Assembly (NCBI RefSeq): GCF_009834535.1
Contig: NC_045697.1
Coordinates: forward strand, 48,610,001 to 48,674,000
Direction: 5' to 3'
Origin: Camelus ferus
Taxonomy: Eukaryota
Length of the DNA: 64,000 nt
Shown here: piece by piece, positions 52,880 through 64,000 of the stretch
Layout: each line of letters starts with the position of its first letter
How positions within the stretch are numbered: position 1 is the first letter of the stretch
Position numbers and translations under genes: made by a program
The notes under the pieces: generated by a model
Databases searched by the model: none
Told to the model about the DNA's origin: nothing
The model's input: only the letters and a program-made list of their open reading frames with translations

Positions 52880-53600
52880 AGAAGCCAAGGGGCGATGACA
52901 GAGTCTACATCGTATGGGAACCCTTGGTCTCCGGGAATATTTTTTTTTGCTGTTTTCACAGCTTTTTCCGGAGCCGCGAGTGGAACCCGTGGAGGTAACA
53001 GACGCAGAAAGTCGCGCAGCTTCTCCCGCTCTTGGCCCCGCCGGGCTCCGTCCTCCCGGCGCCCAGCGCCCCGGATGTGGGGTTTCCTCACACGGCTCCT
53101 TCCTCCTCCAAGGAGCGCCGGGCGGCAGATGTTCATTGTTAGAAGGAAACGTAATCAACCGCGGCTGTTTCTCGTCTGAGATAATGCCAACGCCCCGGGG
53201 AGGTGCCAAACCTGGCGGGGGGATCGCAGCGGGGGCCGGGAGGACCGGCCGGCAAGTTAAAAGGGAAAACGAGGTTGGAGATCTTCATTAGCGGCTTTTC
53301 ATTTTTCGGGTGGAGCCGAGAGGAGAGGGGAAGCGGTCAGGGAGGGAGCGGACGCTTGGCTGCTGACTGTAGGGGACGCGGCGGGGAGACCGAGGCTGCG
53401 AAGAGGTAAGTAGGGCCGCCGCCCTCCCTCCCTCCCTCCTGCGGTCCCCGAGAACATCGCGACGGCCTGGGGGACCGCGGATGCGAAGGCAAGGAATTCG
53501 GGGTCTCGGTGCCCAGGGAGGAGATGGCCGTGGGGAGAGGATTACACCACAGAATGGAGTGGCGGGTGCTCATGTAGACGTTCAGACCTATTCACGGAGG
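52880..53600. promoter_or_regulatory. Second CpG island (no recognisable gene), candidate promoter or first exon
   Basis: High GC and CpG over ~700 bp of non-repeat sequence; strong donor GAG|GTAAGT at 53405/53406. Confidence 0.75.
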
Positions 53601-54715
53601 GCAGTCAAAGCACAGGGGAGTTAAGTCAATGTGGTAACCATTATTTAATGTTTATTATTCTTTTGGAAGCTTGTAAGCACCTGGAGGAGGGCAGGGGCCA
53701 ACTGTGTCTGTTTTGCTCACTGCTCTATCACTCCCACCTGGAGTAACTCCTGGGAAGTAGAATGAGGCGTCCACTAACCAAGTGCCTATGAAATATATAA
53801 CGTATATATGTATGATATATATGTGAAGTGTGCATGTATATACTTTATATTTGTGAAGTCATCTGATCCTCGGCATAATCCTATGAGATGTTAGCCCCAT
53901 TTTACAGATGATCAAACTAAGGCATGGGATGATCAAGGAGCTAGCACAAATAAGAACCGAGTGGAGTTTGTTTTTGCTTCCCCTGAGTTGTCTACATTTT
54001 CCCACTAGATCTTTATCTCTAAGATCCTTAACTGCTTTCTTGGAAATCTGTACTTGGAAAAAGAACTGTAACTCGCTCATACTAAGGTTCATGCTAAGCT
54101 AATAGCATTTCATCTTCAACCAGTATTCAATGAGGCTACCCAGCAAGATAAGTAGATGGATAGAATGGATTAATTCATGAGAAAGCAAGAATAGTAAAAT
54201 GCTAGCAGTAAAATCTAGGTAGTGAGCATATGTGTTTTCACTGTAAAATTATTTATTTTTTGCTATATGTTTCAAAAATTTCAAGGCCTTGATTCCTATA
54301 TGGGAAAGGGGAGGAGTACTGATTTTAAAAAAAAAAGTAAGACAAATTTTTGTCTATAAAGAGCTTTTAGTCATTAGAGAAAATAAAGCACATATACAAA
54401 TAACTGATTTCTAACTCTGGGATAACATTTTGAGATCATAAATCAGGACTTTTTTTTTTTTTCTTTCTGTATGTTCTTTTCCTTCCCCACATCCAAGACA
54501 AGGGATATGGCTGACTGGGGAAACTAGAAGGAGGCTGTAGCTCTTTTTGGCTTTTATGTCAAAAAGTCTGGATTTTCAGAAGAGCAGAGGAGTATTGCTT
54601 CCTAACCCCTTCGATTAGAAAGAGATTCTGGAAACGGAGTGGCTCTGCTGACCTGCTGGCTCATGTTAAGAAGTAGTAAGTGCTCAGATTAGAAATGGCT
54701 GTGTGTCCTTTAGAA

Positions 54716-54836
54716 TGGTAACCACCTTATTCTAATTTATTTAAACTAGGACACATTTGACAGCGAAGGGCGCACTATTGATAATTACACTGGGGCAGTA
54801 AGCATAAACCAGGATTGTCCCAGGTAAACTGGGATT
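54716..54836. mobile_element. MER94-like hAT-Blackjack MITE
   Basis: GGTAACCA...AAACTAGGACAC...GCACTATTGATAATTACACTGGG...AAACCAGGATTGTCCCAGGTAAACTGGGA. Confidence 0.65.
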
Positions 54837-57800
54837 TATAAACTGGGAACAGAGGCTGCCTCAGAAAAGACTTGAATGCTTATGTTTACTTACTGACTAA
54901 GGTGGCCCATTCCCTTCCATTCCACCTTCCCTGAGAGTTAAATTCCATCCTTAGAGAGTCATTCCTTTAACTTAAATTTGACCCTTGTTGAATTTCAGTT
55001 AGCTAGGTTGCTCCTTATTACCTCCTTTGGCTCTGTTTCCTGCACGTCCACAATCCCCAGTGCTCCGTATTTTTCTTTTCTCTCCTAAGTGATCGAATTC
55101 ATTCCGTGACACTCACTACCAACATGCATCTGGCTCCCACACCCAGTACTGACCTCTGTCTTAAAGCTCCAGAAGCATCAGAAGCAGGGCACAGAACCAT
55201 CAAGCCACTGGGCCTGAAGGAGCCCTGCAAATAGGAGTGATGGATGGAGAGCCAGGGTAACCTAGGTGACTGTTAATTGATGGTGCCTTCCTCCTTCCTC
55301 CTTCCTTCATGGCTCTGCACTGCCAAAGCCCCCTGGAGCCCTGGCACAGCTCAGGGTGATAGTGGGGGAGCGGAGTGGGCCTAGAAGTCATCAAGATAAA
55401 ATGAATATTACTTATCTATTCATTCAACTTGGAAAGGGAAGAGAGAAGGAACAACTAACTATTTGGTAATACAAGAGCAGGGATCATATCTGTTTTGTTC
55501 AACACCTTCTAACAAAAGCATTTCAAAGTAAACCTTAAAAATTATTTGTTGAATAAATGAATGAATGAGTCAGGGAGGTAAATCTGCTCTAGGAAGAATG
55601 GTAGTGCTAATAACAGAAATAGAGACAGGAAGTGAAGTGGGTTTAGGAGGGAAGATAGTTTTGGTTTTGGTTTCAAATACTGTCTTTGAGGTGGCAGCAG
55701 CATAGTCCCAGTACCGAAGTGTGAATCAGCTGGTTATGTGTGGATAGAGCTTTAAGACAGAGGGCAGTGCTGGCTTTCAGAGCTAGGTACATGTTGGCAG
55801 CGAGTGTCATGGAATGGATTTGATCACTTAGGAGAGAACAGAGTAACACTGAGCGCTGGGGATTGGGGGTAAGCAGGAAATAAAGCTAAAAGAGATAATA
55901 AGGAACAATCAAGCTATTTGAATTTTAACAAGGGTTAAATTCAAGTTAAAGGAATGACTCTCTAAGGATGGAATTTAACTTTCAGGGAAGGTGATATGGA
56001 AGGGATGGGCCACCTCAGTCAGCAAGTAAACGCAAGCCACTAACGTGTGATTTTTGTTTGTTTGTTTCCAATATCTATTTTTAATTTCTTTGTTTTGTAA
56101 TAGAGGACCTTTGCTCTCACTAAGTTTTTCCCCCCAACAATTTATTTTGAAAAATTTCAAACATACAACAAAAAGAATTTTACATTGAAAACACATAGAC
56201 CCACAGCCTAGATTCTACCACTAACATTTTACTCCTCCTGCATTATCACTAATCTATCAATGCTCTCTCTCTACTCATCCATCAGTCCATTTTAATTTTT
56301 GATACATTTCAAAGAAAATTGCAGACACCCCCTAAATTCTTCAGCAGACCTATTATTAATCAGAATTCAGTATTTGCTTAGTTTTTTCTTTTGATGTAAT
56401 AACTAAATATAATAAAATGAACTAATCTTAAGAGTATATGCAATGAGTTTGTCCCAAACATTTATTGTAACAGTTTTCCAAATATACAGCAATGCTGAAA
56501 GAATTTTATCCTTTACTTACCACCTAGATTTTACCATTAACATTTTCCTATACTTGCTTTTTCATAATCTACCCATTCATCTGTTTCTCTGTCCATTAAT
56601 CCACCTAATTTCAAATACTTTCTCTCCAATACTTCAACATGTAATGTATATCATAAATCAGAGATTGATATGTATACAGTTTTCTTTCTTTTAATGAAGA
56701 TTTTACATCTAGTAAAATGCATAAATCTTAGGTGTACATTCACTAAATTTTAACAAGCAGACACCTGTGTAACTCAAATCTCTATAAGATATAGAACATT
56801 ACTATCAGCCAAGAAAGTTTCTACGTGCTCCTTCCCCACCCAAGCCCTGCCCTTGTTTGCCCCAGAAACAATCACAGTTCTAATTTTTTTTCCACCAGAG
56901 ATTTGACTTGCAGTATGTACATGAAAGGCTTCTATCACACAGTGTAATTATTTTTGAGATCGTTTATATTGTTGCTTATATCAGTAGTTCATATCTTTTT
57001 ATTACCGAGTAGAATTCCATTGAATGAATATACCAAATTGTTTGTGAGCTCTCTTATTGGTGGATACCTGGGCTGTTTGCAATTTTGGGGTATGCTGCTA
57101 TAAACTCCTTCTACAAGTCTTTTTGTGTTTTCATTTCTCATGGGTAAATACCTAAGATTGGAATTGCTGGGTCATAAGGGTAAGTATATGTTCAGTTTTA
57201 AAAGAAACTGCCAGGTATTTTTCCTAATGTGGTTGTACCATTTCTCACTCCCATTAACAGTGTATTAGAGTTCTGTGCTCCACATACAGACATCTGAAAT
57301 TGTCAGTCTTTCTCATTTTAGCTATTCTGATGGGTGTGTAATGATAACTCACGGTGCTTTAAATTGGCATTTCTCTGATGTTTAATGATGGTGAACACTT
57401 TTTCATATGATGATTGTATATAGGTTCTTTAGTGAAATATTTGTTCAAATACTTTGCCCATTTAAAAAATTGGTTGTTTATCTTTTTCTTATGTTGTAGA
57501 AATTCTTTATATATTCTGGATACCTGTCTTTGGTTAGATATATGATTTGTGAATATTTTCTTCCAGTCTGTGGCTTGCATATTCATTATCTTAATGATAG
57601 TATGTGATGAGCAGAACTTTTAAATTTTGATGAAGTTAAATTTATCTTTATTGCTTTTTGTGACCAATTTGACAAAACTCAGCCTACCCTCAAGTCACAA
57701 AGATGTTTTCTTAGGTTTTCCTCGAAAAACTTAGGATTTTAGCCTTTGTGTTTAGACCTGCAATTCATTGAAAAATAACTTTTGTGTATGGTGAAGAAGG

Positions 57801-58351
57801 GGCTGGATTCATTTTTTCCTATATGGACATCTAGTTATTATTGCATTATTTGTTGAAAGGAGTTTTTCCCCTATTTACGTGTTTTGGTGACTTTCCCCTC
57901 CAAATGACCATATAAATGCCTGCTGTTTCTGAACTCTGTTTTGTTCCATAGATCTATTTGTTGATCCTTAAGTCAGGATCACACTTGCTTGATTAATCTA
58001 GTCTTATAGCAAATCTTGGAGTCAGATAATGGAAATACTACAAATTTGTTATTTTCCAAAATTCTTTAGGTATCCTTTAGGTATCTTTGAATTTCCAGAA
58101 AAAATTTAAAGCAAGTTTGTCAATTAAAAAAAATGTTTCCTGGGATTATGATTGGATTATATTGAATCTATGATCAGTTTGGGGAGAATTGACATTTCTC
58201 CGTTTATTTAAACTTCTTTAATTTCTCTCAACAATGTTTTATAGTTATTAGTGTAGAAGTCTTGCATGTCTTTGGCTAAATTTATTCCTAGTTTGGTTTT
58301 TTAATACAATTATAAATTATAATTATCAATTAAATTTCCAGTTCAATTTTC

Positions 58352-58606
58352 TTTTTTTTTTTTTGAAAGATAATTGACATGTAACACTGTAAGTTTAAGG
58401 TTTACAGCATGTTAATTTTATACGTTTACATACTAGGTTACAGTTGCCATTGTAGTATTAGCTAACACCTCTATCACATCACATAATTATTTTTTTGTGA
58501 TGTGAACTATTAAGGTCAGCTAGTTTGATGTTTGTAATACAGTATTGTTGTCTATAATCACTAGACTGTGTCTTAGATCTCCAGGACTTATTTATTTACT
58601 AGTTTT
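58352..58606 (-). mobile_element. 5'-truncated L1 (L1MA-like) nested in the old L1
   Basis: Poly-T then ATAATTGACATGTAACACTGTAAGTTTAAGG; 12-bp TSD AGTTCAATTTTC at 58340-58351 and 58607-58618. Confidence 0.88.
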
Positions 58607-59390
58607 AGTTCAATTTTCAATTGTTTGCTGCTAGTATATAAGAATACAATCATTTTAGTATATTTACCATGTATCCTGAAACCTCATTAAATACACTTAA
58701 TAGTTCTCACATTTTTTTGTAGATTGCTTGGGATTTTTTTTTTTTTTTTTTGTCAACAACTTTGTCACAGGCAAAGAGAGATGATTTTACTTCTTTCTTT
58801 GCAAATGTTTACCTTTTATTACTTTTGCTTTATGGCAAAGACTAGGACCTCCAGTATGATCTAAGAGGTGGTTACAGTGGGTATCCTTGCCTCGATTCCA
58901 GTTTTAGGAGGGAACACTTACTATTTCACCATTAAGTACGATGTTAGTTGTGGATATTTGGGTGAGTTGTATTTTTCAAGGAAGTGTTCATTTCATCTAT
59001 ATTGTTAAATTTTGGTGCATAAAGTTGTTCGTAATATTCTCTTATTATCCTTTTAATATTTATAGGATCTGTAGATCTTTCCTGACATAAGTAATTTGTA
59101 TTCTGACTTTTTTCTGGATCAGATTCCTAGGGCATTAACAGTTTTGTTGCCTTTTGCCATTGTTAGTTTCCTTGATTTTGTCTGTTTTCTTTTTTGTTGA
59201 TTTCTACTTTTCCCTTATTATTTCCTTATTTCTCCTTACTTTTGTTTTACGTTGCTATTTCTTTAGCTTTTTAAAGTGGAAAAAAAAGGTATTTATTTTT
59301 AAGTATTTTAGACCATTCTTCTTTTCTAACATAAGTGTTTAAAACTATCAGTTTTCCCCATTCACTTCTTTCAATATATCACACTATTTT

Positions 59391-59509
59391 GGGGGGCTGG
59401 GGGAAGGTATTTAGGTTATTTATTTTTTTAAATGGATGTACTGGGGATTGAACCCAGGACCTTATGCACGCTAAGCACACACTCTACCACTGAGCTACAC
59501 CTTACCCCC
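59391..59509 (-). mobile_element. Vic-1-like SINE
   Basis: Reverse-complement SINE; 13-bp TSD ATCACACTATTTT at 59378-59390 and 59510-59522. Confidence 0.92.
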
Positions 59510-60986
59510 ATCACACTATTTTTTACTGTGTTTCATTAATATTCAGCCTAAAATATTTTTAAATTTTTCTTATGATTTCTTTTTTGACCAAGATATAATA
59601 TTAAAGTGTATTGTTTAATTTACAAATATTGGGGGGATTCATAATTATCTTACTGTTATTAATTTCTAATTTAATTCCATTGTCAAAGAACATAATCTGT
59701 ATGGTTTTAATCCTTTTAATTTTGTTGAAACTTGCTTTATGGCCATATATATTCTATCCTGGTGTATATACTATATGTAATTGAAAAGAATTGTATTCTT
59801 CTATTGTTAGGTGTAATGCTGTATAAATAGCAGTTAGGTCAAGGTGATTGGTAGTATTCAAATTACCTATGTTCTTACTGAGATTTTTTTTTCTGTCTAG
59901 TTTTTCTTTCAGTTGATGATGGAGAGATGGTGATTATGGATTTGTATTCTCTCTTTAATTTTGTCTATTTTTGCTTCATGTATTTTGATGTTCTTCTATT
60001 AGACACATATGTATTTATAATTATATCTTTCTAATGAATTGACACTTTTATTATGAAATGTCCCTCTTTATCTCTGATAATACTTTTAATCTTGAGGTCT
60101 ATTTTATCTGATATTAATATAGTCACTCTAGTTTTATGATTAGTTTTTGCATGGTTTCTCTTTTTTCATCTAATTACTTTTAAATTGTTAATTTCTTTAT
60201 ATATTTAAATGTGTCTTGTAGAAAACATAAAGTTGGGTCTTGATTTTTATAATTTTTTTGAAGTTTCTACCTTTAAATTGGAACATTTAGGGCATTAAAA
60301 TGTATTGTAATTATTTGTAAGTAACATATAGGGCTACCACATTTTCTCTTTCTCTCCTCTGTTTTTTATTTCTGAGTATTTTAAAAATTCCACTTTAACT
60401 TATAAATTGGCTATATAGTTATGGCTTTTTAAAAAATTGACAGTCCAGGGACTGCAGTTATAGATCCTGATGCTTTGTAATTTATTAAAGTCCTTATTTT
60501 TTTCTTTCATTCAAATTGGATAATTTCTGTTGATCTGTTTTCAGGTTTACTGACTGTTTCCTTCATCATCTTTATTTTGCTTTTAAATCCATTCGGTATA
60601 TTTTTAAATTTTAGATGTTTTATATTTTAGTTTTATCATTTATGTATGTTTCCTTTTTATAGTTTTTATTTATCAGCTGAGATTTCCTATCTTTTTGTTA
60701 ATTATGAGCTTTCATTAATGAGCGCTTTCTTTTACTTCACTGAGCATAGTTAAAGTAGCTGGCATAATGTGTGTGTGTGTGTGTTAATTCCAACTTCTGA
60801 GTCATTGCAGGATTGTTCTTTGCTGATTGTCTCTTCTCTTGAGATTGGGTCACAAATTCCTGTTTCTGACTGTGTCAAGCAGTTTTATATTGTAACCTGA
60901 ATGATGTGAACATTATATCCTGGAAACTGTCTATTCTGCTATAGATTTCTCCAAAAGGTGTTGATATTTTTGACAAGCAGTTAACG

Positions 60987-61175
60987 TTTTTTCTTTTCTT
61001 TTTTCATTTGTTTTGGTTTGTTTTTGTTTTCTGTTGATTTGGGTTTTGGGGGAGTAATTAGGTTTAATTAGGTTTACTTATTTATGTATATTTTTTAATG
61101 GAGGTACTGGGGGTTGAACCCAGGACCTCGTGCATGCTAAGCATGCACTCTACCAATAAGCTCTACCCTCCCCCC
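60987..61175 (-). mobile_element. Vic-1-like SINE
   Basis: Long T-rich tail, TAATTAGGTT twice, AATGGAGGTACTGGGGGTTGAACCCAGGACCTCGTGCATGCTAAGCATGCACTCTACC. Confidence 0.9.
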
Positions 61176-61179
61176 GACC

Positions 61180-63193
61180 TTCATTATATTGAGTCATGAA
61201 TGGTTGTTGATTATGTCAAGTGCTTTTTCTGCATCTATAGATCATATGATTTTTATCCTTCATTTTGTGCACGTGATATATCACATTGATTTGTGGATGT
61301 TGAATCCCTGGAATAAATCCCACTTGATCATGATGTATGATCCTTTTCATGTATTATTGAATTCAGTTTGCTAATAGTTTGTTGAGAATATTTGCATCTG
61401 CGTTCATCAGGGATATTGACCTGTGATTTTCTTTTCCTGTAGTGTCCTTGTCTGGTTTTGGTATCAGGATAATGGTGGCCTCACAAAATTGAGTGTGGAG
61501 GTATCCCCTCCTCATCTATTTTTTTGGAAGAGTTTGAGAAAGATTGGTATTTGTCTTTAAATGTTTGGCAGAATTCACTTGTGAAGGCATCTGGTCCTGG
61601 TCTTTTGTTTATTGGGAGTTTTTGTTTGTTTGTTTGTTTAATTACTGATTCAATCTTACTAGTAATTGCTCTGCTCAGATTTTCCATTTCTTCATGATCC
61701 AGTCTTGGTAAGTTACATGTTTCTAGGAAGGTATTCATTTCTTCTAGGTTTTGCAATTTGTTAGCATATAATGGTTCATGGTAGTCTCTTGATCCTTTGT
61801 ATTTCTGTGGTATCAGTTTTAATGTATCCTTTTTCATTTATAATTTTATTTTAGTCTTCTCTTTTTGTTCTTGGTGAGTCTAAAGTCTTGTCTATTTTGT
61901 TTGTTTTCAAATCACCAGCTCTTAGTTTCATTGATCTTTCTATTGTCTTTTTAGTCTCTATTTCATTTATACTGTCTGATTTTATTTCCTTTCTTCTAAT
62001 AATTTGAGCTTAGTTTGTTCTTTTTCTGATTCATGGAGGTATAAAAGTAGGTTGTTTGAGATCTTTCTTGATTCTTAATGTAGGCATTTATCAGTATGAA
62101 TTCTATACATTCTGTTGCTTTTGGATGATTTTCTGTCTGGATGAGCTATCCATTGATGAATGTTGGGTATTGAAGTCCCCTACTATTATTGTACTGCTGT
62201 CTTTTTCTCCCTTTAGGTCTGTTAATATTTGCTTTCTATATTTAGGTGCTCCTATGTTGGGTTATAAACACTTACAAATGTTATTATATCCTCTTGTTGG
62301 ATTGACCCCTTTATCATTATATAATGGCCTTGTCTCTTATTACAGTCTGTGTCTTAAAGTCCGTTTTGTCTGAAATAAGCGTAACTGCTCTAGCTTTCTT
62401 ATTGGTTTCCATTGAAATGGAATATCTTTTTCCATCTCTCCACTTTCAGTCTGTGTTCTTGAAGCTGGAGTGAGTGTCTTGCAGGCAGCATATAGTTGGG
62501 TCAGGTTTTTTAAATTCATTCAGTCCCTCAATGTCTTGATCAGAGAATTTCGTCAGTTTACATTTAAAGTACTTATCGATAGATACGGACTTACTCTTAC
62601 CATTTTGCTTTCTGACTGTTTTGTAATTCTGTTCCTTTCTCCTCTTGCTCTCTTCCTTTGTGATTTGATTTTCTGTAGTGGTAGGGTTAGATTGCTTTCT
62701 CACCTTTTATGTGTCTACTGTAGATTTTTGCTTTGTGGTTACCATGAGGCTTACATAAAACATCTTAGACTTATAATAGTCTATTTTAAGGTGATAACTT
62801 AAGTTCAAATGCATTCTAAAGTTGTATGTTTTATTCACCTCAACATTTTATGTTTTTGATGTCATGGTTTACATCTTTTTATCTTGTATATTGATTGACA
62901 CATTATTGTAGTTGTAGTTATTCTTACTGCTTTTTTCTTCTAAACTTTGTAATAGATTTATAAATGATTAGCCCACCACCATTACAACATTTTACTGTAT
63001 ATTTACCAGGGAGAGTTATACTTTTAATATGTTTCCTAATTACTGTTTAGCACCCTTTTGTTTCAGCTTAAAGATGTTCCTTTAACACTTCTTGTAAGGC
63101 CAGTCTAGTGGTGAGGAGCTCCTTTAGCTTTTGTCTGGGAAACTCTTTTTTCCTTTCTTTCTGTTTTTTTTTCTTTCTTTTTTTCTTTCTTTA

Positions 63194-63224
<31 letters not shown>

Positions 63225-64000
63225 TTCTCTTTTTCTCTCTTTCTCTCTCTCTCTTTCTCTCTTTTTCAATTCTGAAGGACAGCTTTGCTGGGTAGAGTCT
63301 TCCTGGTTGGCAGTTTTTTTTTTTCTTTCAGCACTCTGAATGTGTTATATCACTCTTCTACCCTGCAAAGTTTCTGCCAAAAAATCTGCTGATCGTTGCT
63401 ATATGTAACGAGTTCTTTTTTTTTCTTGCTGCTTTTAAGAGTCTCTCCTTGTCTTTCACTTTGGACAATTCAATTGACAATTCAATTATTCTGTCTCTCA
63501 GTGTGGGTCTCTTTTCTATTTTAGAACTCTCTGGACTTCCTGGTTCTGGATGCTTGTTTCCTTCCTCAGGTTAGGAAAGTTTTCAGCCATTATTTTTTCA
63601 AAAAGCTTTCTATCCCTTTCTTTCTCCCTTCTCCTTCTGGGACCTTTACAATGTGAATATTTGTTCTTTTGATGTTGTCCCATAAATCCTTTAAGCTATC
63701 TGTACTCTTTGTCATTCTTTTTTCTTTTTGCTCCTTTGGATGAATTCTACTGCCTTGTCCTTTAGTTTGCCAATCCTCTCTTGCACTTCCTTTAGTCTGC
63801 TGTTGAACAGACTCTACTGAATTTTTCAGTTCAGTTATTGTATCCTCAGCTATGTGATTTCTGTTTGATATTTTCTTATATTTATATCTCCTTTTTAAAA
63901 TTCTCACTTTGTTCACACATTGTTCTCCTGACCTCTTTATGGCCATTATTTTTAACTCTTTATCAGGTAAATCATTTATCTCCATTTCATGAAGGTCTTT
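61180..64000 (-). mobile_element. Degenerate L1 with ORF2 and ORF1 remnants, running off the window
   Basis: Frames 61481-61837 (LYANKLQNLEEMNTFLE...PGPDAFTSEFCQTFK, ORF2), 62446-62703 (DPTICCLQDTH, endonuclease) and 63590-63985 (LKDLWDNIKRTNIHIVKVPEGE, ORF1), all with frameshifts or stops. Confidence 0.93.
63145..63266. repeat. CT-rich microsatellite inside L1
   Basis: Directly visible (CT)n/(CTTT)n run. Confidence 0.9.

Larger units (their letters stand above)
56140..60960 (-). mobile_element. Degenerate old L1 (L1ME-like) mosaic with later insertions
   Basis: T-rich L1 antisense signature; translated remnant at 57359-57586 (ATDWKKIFTNHISNQRQVSRIYKEFLQ) matches the L1 ORF2 C-terminal region. 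Confidence 0.85.

Noticed and set aside
53373..53405. 33-nt segment reading GTRRGDRGCEE in phase 0 (RGD plus EE, SCPP/SIBLING-like)
   Set aside because: No signal-peptide exon or Ser-x-Glu motif, weak acceptor, and RGD arises easily in GC-rich DNA.
53524..53540. ATGGCCGTGGGGAGA resembles the SEPTIN11 start (MAVAVGR)
   Set aside because: Short match with no splice donor after it, and the frame closes within ~17 codons. Recalled synteny puts SEPTIN11 on the 5' side of SOWAHB.
61481..63985. L1 ORF1/ORF2-like ORFs as active or domesticated genes
   Set aside because: Short, frameshifted fragments interrupted by deletions and a microsatellite; a dead L1.

Overview
Mammalian genomic DNA, very probably a camelid (alpaca, llama or camel), judged from at least nine copies of a tRNA-derived SINE resembling the camelid Vic-1 family. 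The only confidently recognisable protein-coding gene is intronless SOWAHB (ANKRD56; 3106..5505, + strand, 799 aa, C-terminal ankyrin repeats) in a CpG island, with a 3' UTR of roughly 1.3 kb. The rest is repeat-rich: SINEs and truncated L1s with clear target-site duplications, MaLR/ERV LTRs, DNA-transposon relics, MIR/L2, a 100-N gap at 28176..28275 and an ~8 kb minus-strand L1 mosaic at the end. The main unexplained feature is a second CpG-rich region (~51.0-53.6 kb) with no recognisable gene but a chain of + strand splice signals, which may mark an unannotated lncRNA or a decayed gene. I see no convincing evidence of a new biological system. Repeat family names come from remembered consensus resemblance, not a database search, and old-repeat boundaries are approximate.
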